NCBI GenBank assembly: GCA_964360985.1
Contig: CAYHYK010000020.1
Span: forward strand, 1-12,397
Length of the DNA: 12,397 bases
Reading direction: 5' to 3'
Source of the DNA: Candidatus Woesearchaeota archaeon
Lineage (GTDB): Archaea; Nanobdellota; Nanobdellia; Pacearchaeales; GW2011-AR1
Numbering within the stretch: the first letter of the stretch is position 1; each line of letters starts with the position of its first letter. This document shows, piece by piece, positions 1 to 6,158 of the stretch. Both the position numbers and the translations under genes were made by a program. The notes below the pieces were generated by a model that saw only the letters and a program-made list of their open reading frames with translations, was not told the origin of the DNA and did no database searches.

Positions 1-659
1 AAAGATTGGCTTATAGAGGAAGAAGCGCTGAAAATATACGCGCTATATTTATTACACACGAACATATTGATCATGTTAGAGGGGTTGATGTTATTGCAAG
101 AAAACTAAATATTCCCGTGTTTACAACAAAGGGAACTTCTGAGAGCTGCTTTTTATGTTCTGATGATCAACTAGTAAATATAATTCAAAACAATTCTATT
201 ATTAAAATAGGAAAAATAAAAATAGAAACTTTTTCAAAGTCCCATCATGCGAGCGACCCTGTTTCTTACAATGTGATTTATGATAAAAAAGTAAGTATTG
301 TTACAGATGCGGGTTATGGATGCAAAAATATAAAGAAAAATATATCTGATTCTGATTTTTTGATAATGGAGGCCAATTACGATGAAGATATGCTTGACAA
401 TGGTCCTTATCCTCCTCATCTTAAAAAATTAATAAGTAGCGATGTAGGTCACTTATCAAATAAGCAGGCAGCATTATGTGTAGCTGAAAATTGTTCGGGA
501 AGATTAAATAATATTTTGCTAGCTCATTTAAGCAAGACGAATAATACTCCTTCTGTTGCTTTGGATACTTTTGAATCTTTGATAAAATTAAGAAAGGACA
601 TATCTCCTTTAATTGATGTTTCTGTGAGAGAAGAAGCAAGTAAATTGTTTAGAATTTAA
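1..659 (+). CDS. MBL-fold metallo-hydrolase (YycJ/WalJ-like), 5'-partial
   Basis: The frame stays open to the window edge, so the TTG at 6 in the ORF track is probably internal. Zn-binding HxHxDH motif present as THEHIDH. It is followed collinearly by SKSHHASDP, VTDAGY, EANYDEDML..GPYPPHLKKLISSDVGHLSN and LAHLS, the motif set of YycJ-type beta-lactamase-fold proteins. Roughly 50-60 N-terminal residues appear to lie outside the window. Confidence 0.85.
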   Translation, partial: RLAYRGRSAENIRAIFITHEHIDHVRGVDVIARKLNIPVFTTKGTSESCFLCSDDQLVNIIQNNSIIKIGKIKIETFSKSHHASDPVSYNVIYDKKVSIVTDAGYGCKNIKKNISDSDFLIMEANYDEDMLDNGPYPPHLKKLISSDVGHLSNKQAALCVAENCSGRLNNILLAHLSKTNNTPSVALDTFESLIKLRKDISPLIDVSVREEASKLFRI

Positions 660-680
660 TATTCATTTATCACTAGAATC

Positions 681-692
681 TTTTTATATAAA
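681..692 (+). promoter_or_regulatory. Archaeal TATA box (TTTTTATATAAA) for the LamG-domain gene; predicts a leaderless or near-leaderless mRNA
   Basis: TTTATATA at 683-690 ends 20 nt before the ATG at 710. This spacing matches a TATA centred about -26 from a start site at or next to the ATG. The T5 at 681-685 could also terminate the upstream MBL gene. Confidence 0.45.
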
Positions 693-709
693 TTAAATCT
701 GTTTTATTT

Positions 710-2233
710 ATGAAAAGGAGGCATATTTTGGCAATTTTAATTGGTTTTTTATTCTTAATTAGTATTTTTTTATTTTTATATAGTCCTAGGCTTTTGGGAT
801 ATGTTACTTTTGGAGATCCTTATTTTAACACTTGTTTAATTAATTTAGTAGATAATTTTTCTCCTTTGAATTCTAAATCTATTGTTTATCTGAAATTTAA
901 TAATCTATCTTCTTATGGAGAATATGATTTAATAGCATGTGATTTCTCTGGACATAATAATACTGCTCTTTTAATCAATCCTATATGGAATAGTTCTGGA
1001 GGGCCTTTTAATGATGGGGCTTTTGAATTTAAGGGGAATAATACTATTAATATTATTGATAGAGATGAATTAAGTCCTTCTACAAGTGGAGCATTTTCAG
1101 TTTCATTTTGGATTAAACCTTCTACATTTAATTTTGATGGAAATGTTTTTGATCACGTATGTGAATGTGCAGTTCATCCTGTTTCTAAATATTCTTCTTT
1201 TTTAGGAAACAATCGAGAATGGTATTTTAGAATATATAACGGGAGTGCAGTTGATGGAGGTACAAATAGACCGAAGAGAATTAGTTTTTATGTATTTAAT
1301 TTAACTGGATCTTTAGGAGCTGGTTCTTACTTTCAAGAGGATTTGAATGAAAGTGAATGGATACATGTTATAGGTGTGATGAACGGAACTCATACTTTTA
1401 TTTATAAAAATGGAATATTGAAAGACTCTGATCCAATTTCTAATTATGATATAACCATGGGGAATGGAAATGCACCTATAGTTTTAGGAGGAATATCTCA
1501 AGGAGGTTATTTCTTGGGCTATATGGATGAATTGAGAATATTTAATAGAACTTTGAATTCTAGTGAAATAAATGAATTGTATAATATTAATTTATCTGTT
1601 GTAGAGCATAGTTTGAATGTAGATATAGTATCTCCTGCTAATATTACTTATAACATTTCTAATTATTCTATAAATATAACTCTAGATGAAGAGGGATATT
1701 GTGAATATTCTCTTGATGGAGGAGTTAGTAATAATAGTTTATTATCTAATGATGATATTGAATTTGGTGTTTTGAAAAATGGAAGTGACGGAGGCTATAT
1801 GATAGAGACTTACTGCAATAATAGTTTAGGAGTCAAGAATTATACTGAAAGAGTTTTCTTTTCTATTAATGTGATAAATAATTCTAATTCTAGCGAGGAG
1901 ATTGTTTTAGATTCTGGAGATTCTGGAGGTTCAAGTTCTTCTGGATCTAGCTCTGGTTCAGACAGTTCAGGAGGAGGTTCAGGAGGGGGCGGTGGTGGAA
2001 ATGTTGTTGATGTTGAGGAAAATAGTGTTGAGGATTCAAATGAAGTTCCAGAACCAGAATCACACACTCCTTTGCCTGATGAAGAAACAGATTCTAATGC
2101 GGAAGGAAGTAGTTTAGTTGGATTGGCTATAAATGAAAATCTGGAGAGAAATAAAAGAAATATATCTGTGGCTTTGACAATTATTGTTTTAGCAGTTGGA
2201 GCTTTTGTTGTATATCTGAAATTTAGAACTTAG
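710..2233 (+). CDS. LamG (Laminin_G_3 / concanavalin-A-like) domain cell-surface protein with Ig-like module, Ser/Gly linker and C-terminal membrane anchor
   Basis: N-terminal KRR + hydrophobic signal/anchor (HILAILIGFLFLISIFLFLY). LamG signature FSVSFWIKP ... WIHVIGVMNGTHTFIYKNG ... LGYMDELRIFNRTLNSSEINELY. A beta-rich module follows (IVSPANITY...CEYSLDGG...YCNNSLGVKNYT), then DSGDSGGSSSSGSSSGSDSSGGGSGGGGGG, an acidic stretch, and the C-terminal TM ISVALTIIVLAVGAFVVYLKFRT. I count about 23 N-X-S/T sequons by hand. Confidence 0.8.
   Translation: MKRRHILAILIGFLFLISIFLFLYSPRLLGYVTFGDPYFNTCLINLVDNFSPLNSKSIVYLKFNNLSSYGEYDLIACDFSGHNNTALLINPIWNSSGGPFNDGAFEFKGNNTINIIDRDELSPSTSGAFSVSFWIKPSTFNFDGNVFDHVCECAVHPVSKYSSFLGNNREWYFRIYNGSAVDGGTNRPKRISFYVFNLTGSLGAGSYFQEDLNESEWIHVIGVMNGTHTFIYKNGILKDSDPISNYDITMGNGNAPIVLGGISQGGYFLGYMDELRIFNRTLNSSEINELYNINLSVVEHSLNVDIVSPANITYNISNYSINITLDEEGYCEYSLDGGVSNNSLLSNDDIEFGVLKNGSDGGYMIETYCNNSLGVKNYTERVFFSINVINNSNSSEEIVLDSGDSGGSSSSGSSSGSDSSGGGSGGGGGGNVVDVEENSVEDSNEVPEPESHTPLPDEETDSNAEGSSLVGLAINENLERNKRNISVALTIIVLAVGAFVVYLKFRT
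1908..2003 (+). repeat. Low-complexity Ser/Gly-coding tract with short tandem repeats (local GC spike)
   Basis: ATTCTGGAG occurs twice in tandem (1911-1919, 1920-1928). GTTCAGGAGG recurs at 1965-1974 and 1977-1986, and is followed by GGGGGCGGTGGTGGA. The tract encodes DSGDSGGSSSSGSSSGSDSSGGGSGGGGGG inside the LamG-protein gene. Confidence 0.6.
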
Positions 2234-3035
2234 TTATCCTATAACTATCAAATTCAACGTCCATAAAATCTGTTCTTATTCCTGTATATCCTTCTGATAA
2301 AATTGGAGAACTTGAATCTGTTGTCTCTAGAATCTTAACCCAGTTTCCTGTCCATCCTAAATCCATATATAGTTTAATATTTACTCGGCTTCCTATATTT
2401 CTTATTTCTGTTTTCAAACCGATCCATGTGTTTTTTGGAAGTAAACTTGGCTTTGATAGTCTATTGTATGTTCCAGAAAATATTTTTTCTGATACTAAGG
2501 TATAATATTTCCCATTAAGTTTCTTTTTTATTATTGCTTCTCCGTCTACCCTTACACCTGAATAATAAAGGGTGTCTCCTCCGCTTATATATCGGCTCAT
2601 TAAAAGAAGTCCATTATGTTCTGCCCTATTTGGACTTAAACTTAATTGATCCTTTTTAATGTTAAAATAGACACTTTGATTGAAATTCTGCCATTTTGAT
2701 CTGGAGACCATTCTAAATATATTCTGTGGATGGTAGCCATTGTCTGTATCTACAGGACTGGAAGCAAGATAAGTTAGGCGCCATGGATCGGTAGATGCTA
2801 AAGCCCCTTGAATTGTTTTTCCCCTACCGTTTAGAAGATTTAATTCTGCTCCTGAATTTAACCACCAGTATGGACTGGTACTAAGAGAGGATGATGCAGA
2901 TTCCTGTAGAATGCCTTCAGTATTAAATGAGTAGTGGAAAGGTGGAGTGATTATTGCTGCGGTTAAAGCTTCAGCTCTGACTAAAATTAAGAGAGTTAAC
3001 ACAGCTGCAAACACTAAAAAAAACCTCAATTTCAT
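2223..3035 (-). CDS. Secreted hypothetical protein, predicted concanavalin-like beta-sandwich; paralogous to the C-terminal domain of the neighbouring deacetylase
   Basis: Long ORF. I prefer the ATG at 3035 (MKLRFFLVFAAVLTLLILVRAEA, a classic signal peptide with an A-x-A-like site) over the TTG at 3050 used in the ORF track, because a TATA box sits 24 nt upstream of that ATG. No catalytic motif recognised. Alternating beta-strand-like pattern throughout. Its stop overlaps the 3' end of the convergent LamG gene by 11 nt. Confidence 0.7.
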   Translation of the reverse strand: MKLRFFLVFAAVLTLLILVRAEALTAAIITPPFHYSFNTEGILQESASSSLSTSPYWWLNSGAELNLLNGRGKTIQGALASTDPWRLTYLASSPVDTDNGYHPQNIFRMVSRSKWQNFNQSVYFNIKKDQLSLSPNRAEHNGLLLMSRYISGGDTLYYSGVRVDGEAIIKKKLNGKYYTLVSEKIFSGTYNRLSKPSLLPKNTWIGLKTEIRNIGSRVNIKLYMDLGWTGNWVKILETTDSSSPILSEGYTGIRTDFMDVEFDSYRITKF

Positions 3036-3058
3036 ACAAATATGAGACAAAAATATGC

Positions 3059-3065
3059 TATATAA
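3059..3065 (-). promoter_or_regulatory. Archaeal TATA box (minus strand CCTTATATAG) for the secreted beta-sandwich gene
   Basis: The minus strand reads TTTCCTTATATAGCATATTTTTGTCTCATATTTGTATG. The TATA ends about 23-24 nt before the ATG at 3035, implying a leaderless transcript from that ATG. Confidence 0.45.
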
Positions 3066-3120
3066 GGAAATAATATTCTCTAAAGATTGCTTTAGGAAAT
3101 AGAGGTTAGATTGATTTTAT

Positions 3121-3126
3121 AAAAAA
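3121..3126 (-). terminator. Oligo-T (T6) archaeal terminator candidate after the deacetylase gene
   Basis: The minus strand reads TAA GAAAAGAGCTAATTTTTTAT directly after the stop at 3139-3141. Oligo-T tracts are the usual archaeal intrinsic termination signal. Confidence 0.45.
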
Positions 3127-3138
3127 TTAGCTCTTTTC

Positions 3139-4767
3139 TTATATAGATATAATTATTCTATCTGTAGTTAAAGAAACTGGAGAGGATGGGTCCCAAACTG
3201 CAAATCCTATTCCGCCATTTGTAGGCATATCTTTAACATCTCTTGAAAGGATTACTTTTCCGTTGAATAGGCAGGATACTTTATCTCCATCTACTTTTAT
3301 TCCGACTTCGAAATTCTCATTTGGTAGTTTTAGGTATTTTATCCTTTTTGAAAATATATTTGTTTTTACATTGTTTACACTCTTAATTATTTGAAGGAAA
3401 TCTTTGGAGTATGTACAAGTTACATAGTCTGTAGGGCTAGAAATTCTGGCAATCATACTAAGTGCTTCTGCTTGATATTCTTTTACCTTAAGAGTGAAAG
3501 TGTAATTTTGCCAGGGGTAACTTCCATCTAAGAAAGTAAATGCACTTGTATCTCCAAGTTGGGAGAGAAGTGTTAGAGTTCCTTTTGTATCTATAAGTTT
3601 TCCTTCATGATCTGCAAAAGCTTTGAATTTTATATCTGAGTTAGTATCATATGGTAATTCTTTAGTTGTTCCAAATTCTAGATATTTCAATAGTTTTTCA
3701 CCTTCCCAGTTTGCACTTGGCTTAAGTCTCTTTATTAACGCTCTTTCTGTAGTAGATGGATAATTGAATGTATATCCTTCTCCAACCCAAGTTTGATAGA
3801 ATGCAAACTCAAATAATGAATTAACTGTAGAAATAACTACTTTTTGTGAGGAAGGATAATTAATTGTATCTTTTCCGTAATCTCCAAATGGATAGGCAAA
3901 AGTTGTGGAATTTACCCCAAATGTTTCTTTTAGAGCTAACTTTGCTTCGTTCATATCATTATAAATTCTTGTTTTAAATTCTTCATCTGTTTCAAGTCTA
4001 TTTTCTTCTGAAAGCCATAATTTATCGCTATAGAAATGTCCTTTTGTACCATCTTCTGCTATAACTGGGGTTCCATGACCTAGACCTGCATGTGTTTCTA
4101 ACTGCCACGTTCCACTATCAATCATTTTCTGAAGTTCAGCTATATTAAGATGGTATTTGTAGGTCTGTTTTTCTGGATTAAGAGATTCTCCAGTTATAAC
4201 AAACATAACTGCATTGTAATCTACTGCTTTTAATATTGGATCTGCGCCATAAAATGAGTCTTTTCTTCCATCGTCAAATGTTAATAAAAATGATTTTGCA
4301 GGTAATTGCTTTTCTCCTCTCATGAAAGCATTAAATTCTTCCATTTTTACAGTCTGCCATCCTGCTTTTTTTAGTGCAAACATTTGATCCTTAAATGTAC
4401 TTACAGATAGACTATAACCTTCTCCATCAGTTGATTCATCAGAATTTACTCCATGGTAGACTAATACTGGAATAGATTCTGCATAACCTAATTGTGTGGA
4501 ATCTATTAGAGCGTAGTTTTCCTGTGCTTGTAAAGATTCTGTATAATTCTTATATTCTAAAGAGTATCTATAGTAATTTAGACTTAAAAATGATAGTTTT
4601 AAATAATAATTACCTTTTTCATATGGGTCAAAATCAGTTATATTCTTTACAAGAGGAATATCTTCTCTATAATAGTCTATCGTGAATTGTCCGCCTATGA
4701 TTAGAATTACGAAAAAAGTTATCATTATAGTAAACATTAGTTTTATTTTAATTAGGTCGTCTTTCAT
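3139..4767 (-). CDS. Membrane-anchored polysaccharide de-N-acetylase (CE4 / NodB-homology, PgaB/IcaB-like) fused to a C-terminal beta-sandwich domain
   Basis: N-terminal TM (IKLMFTIMITFFVILIIGG). CE4 motifs in order: IPVLVYHGV, LLTFDDGRKDSFY (TFDD), ETHAGLGH (His-x4-His spacing), FAYPFGDYG. About 180 further C-terminal residues are beta-rich and non-catalytic. I prefer the ATG at 4767 (GGGGGA 7 nt upstream; TAATG overlap with the GT2 stop) over the TTG at 4782 in the ORF track. Confidence 0.85.
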   Translation of the reverse strand: MKDDLIKIKLMFTIMITFFVILIIGGQFTIDYYREDIPLVKNITDFDPYEKGNYYLKLSFLSLNYYRYSLEYKNYTESLQAQENYALIDSTQLGYAESIPVLVYHGVNSDESTDGEGYSLSVSTFKDQMFALKKAGWQTVKMEEFNAFMRGEKQLPAKSFLLTFDDGRKDSFYGADPILKAVDYNAVMFVITGESLNPEKQTYKYHLNIAELQKMIDSGTWQLETHAGLGHGTPVIAEDGTKGHFYSDKLWLSEENRLETDEEFKTRIYNDMNEAKLALKETFGVNSTTFAYPFGDYGKDTINYPSSQKVVISTVNSLFEFAFYQTWVGEGYTFNYPSTTERALIKRLKPSANWEGEKLLKYLEFGTTKELPYDTNSDIKFKAFADHEGKLIDTKGTLTLLSQLGDTSAFTFLDGSYPWQNYTFTLKVKEYQAEALSMIARISSPTDYVTCTYSKDFLQIIKSVNNVKTNIFSKRIKYLKLPNENFEVGIKVDGDKVSCLFNGKVILSRDVKDMPTNGGIGFAVWDPSSPVSLTTDRIIISI

Positions 4768-6158
4768 TATCTTGTCCCCCAAGCCATATTTCTAAGGTCA
4801 TATAAAGCATACAACATTATATATGAAAGAACAGTCATGTTTAGAATGGACCAGAGAATCATATATTTTCCATATTTCTCTATTGTGTATATATTGTAAT
4901 GCATAAAGAGCATTGTTGAAACTAAAATTATACCTACTACATAATAGAAAGGGGAGGTACCAAAGAAAAGAGGATTTAATATTAATGCTTTGAACGCGAT
5001 TATAGGAGTTAATAATGTTAAAACTATTAATGGAATAAAATATGTAAATGCGACAAATTTATCTTTCTTCACCAGGAAAGGAGTTATTTTAATTGAATTA
5101 ATAAGCCACCCTTTTTTCCATCTAACTTGCTGTTTTAAGAATGTTTTTAATTTATTTGGAACTACAGTGTAAGCTTTTGCATTTGCAACATAAATTGTTT
5201 TATGTCCCCCTCTTAATATCCAATTTGTCAATGCTCTGTCATCACCGAATATAATTGTTTTGCCCATGAATTTTTCATCTATCCATTTGTCCAAAATAGG
5301 CATAATGTAACTCTTTCTATAAGCAGAGAAACATCCAGAGCAACAGAAAACCATATCAAAAACACTTTCTGTTGCTTTCAATGTTCTGAAGGAAGTGAAA
5401 TAGTATGCAGCTTGCATTCTTGTCATTAAATTTTCATCTTTATTTGAAGGGTCAGTGTGACCTACTGTAGCACCCACTCTCTTATCTATAAATGGATTAA
5501 TTAATTCTTTTAGAGCATCCTTTTCAGGATAACTATCGCTATCTACTTGGATAACTATTTCTCCAAAAGATTTTTTGAAACCAACGTACATACCTATTCT
5601 TTTACCTTGATTTTTCTTGAAATCGATAATTTTTAATCTTCTTCCTGGACTATCTTTTTTAGCTCTATTCATTTCATTAAGAGTATTATCAGTAGAGCCG
5701 TCATTTATTGCAATAACTTCGATTTTATCTGCAGGATAGTCTGAATTTAAACAACTTGTAATTGTATTATAAATTGCTTTTTCTTCGTTTTTACAAGGTA
5801 CTACAAAACTAACTGTAGGGTAATAAGTGGATAATTTTTCTAATTTCTTTTTGTCTAATTTATTTCTATAATCTCTATAAAAGAATGAACCTAAAACTCT
5901 GCTCAACATAAAAGTAGTTATGAATATACTGTAGAAATAGATAAGATTTATTCCTGGGAAATTAATTATTTTTAATAGAACAACTAGAATTGTAAAGATT
6001 ATCAATAGAGTTGTATAAACGACTATTTCCAATTTACTTCTTTTTTGCTTTAGATATGTTGATTCTTTGTTTTGTGAAATATTATTTAGCTGAGAGTTTT
6101 CTTGGATGATATTTTTATTTGTAGAGTTTAAAGACTTACTTTCAATTTGTGATTGCAT
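4767..6158 (-). CDS. Processive family-2 glycosyltransferase, HasA / NodC / chitin-synthase-like membrane-embedded polysaccharide synthase
   Basis: Polar 40-aa N-terminus and two N-terminal TMs. Cytoplasmic GT-A domain motifs: VVPCKNEE, AINDGSTD, VDSDSY, CSGCFSAYRK, GDDRALTN, KQQVRWKKGW. At least three C-terminal TMs, and the protein ends in AWGTR. The motifs are collinear with recalled Streptococcus HasA (VDSDTY, CSGPLSIYRR, GDDRCLTN, KQQNRWNKS, EWGTR). Confidence 0.9.
   Translation of the reverse strand: MQSQIESKSLNSTNKNIIQENSQLNNISQNKESTYLKQKRSKLEIVVYTTLLIIFTILVVLLKIINFPGINLIYFYSIFITTFMLSRVLGSFFYRDYRNKLDKKKLEKLSTYYPTVSFVVPCKNEEKAIYNTITSCLNSDYPADKIEVIAINDGSTDNTLNEMNRAKKDSPGRRLKIIDFKKNQGKRIGMYVGFKKSFGEIVIQVDSDSYPEKDALKELINPFIDKRVGATVGHTDPSNKDENLMTRMQAAYYFTSFRTLKATESVFDMVFCCSGCFSAYRKSYIMPILDKWIDEKFMGKTIIFGDDRALTNWILRGGHKTIYVANAKAYTVVPNKLKTFLKQQVRWKKGWLINSIKITPFLVKKDKFVAFTYFIPLIVLTLLTPIIAFKALILNPLFFGTSPFYYVVGIILVSTMLFMHYNIYTIEKYGKYMILWSILNMTVLSYIMLYALYDLRNMAWGTR
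4775..4780 (-). promoter_or_regulatory. Shine-Dalgarno-like GGGGGA for the deacetylase, inside the 3' end of the GT2 gene
   Basis: The minus strand reads TTGGGGGACAAGATAATG, with a 7-nt spacer to the ATG at 4767. The ATG shares its A with the GT2 TAA stop. Confidence 0.5.

Noticed and set aside
234-639. Two minus-strand ORFs (234-419, 421-639) inside the MBL-hydrolase gene
   Set aside because: They lie entirely antisense to a motif-supported CDS. Their low-complexity Ile/Phe/Tyr/Lys-rich translations are typical of shadow frames in low-GC DNA, and no start-site signals are present.
716-730. AGGAGG immediately after the LamG-gene ATG, followed 6 nt later by an in-frame TTG (728): a possible SD-led alternative start
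   Set aside because: The AGGAGG is the two Arg codons of MKRRH. Starting at the TTG would delete the positively charged n-region needed for a signal/anchor sequence, and the TATA spacing fits the ATG at 710.
1840-2067. Minus-strand ORF encoding a Pro/Glu-rich peptide (PPPPPPEPPPELSEPELDPEELEPP)
   Set aside because: It is the reverse complement of the Ser/Gly/Asp linker of the LamG protein, so the proline run is simply antisense GGN codons. It is not an independent gene.
2161-2233. C-terminal TM plus basic tail of the LamG protein as an archaeosortase (PGF-CTERM-type) sorting signal
   Set aside because: The tripartite shape is present, but no PGF/PEF/VPXXXP-like signature motif precedes the helix (the sequence is NISVALTIIVLAVGAFVVYLKFRT). 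I therefore treat it as a plain tail anchor.
3036-3050. TTG starts used by the ORF track at 3050, and likewise at 4782 and 8861
   Set aside because: In each case an in-frame ATG 12-15 nt downstream fits better. For 3035 there is leaderless TATA spacing plus a proper signal peptide. For 4767 there is an SD plus a TAATG overlap. For 8873 there is a signal-peptide n-region. The TTG extensions remain possible, so this is a preference rather than proof.
4494-5172. Plus-strand ORFs 4494-4685 and 4990-5172
   Set aside because: Antisense shadows within the deacetylase and GT2 genes, with no promoter or SD and no recognisable motifs.
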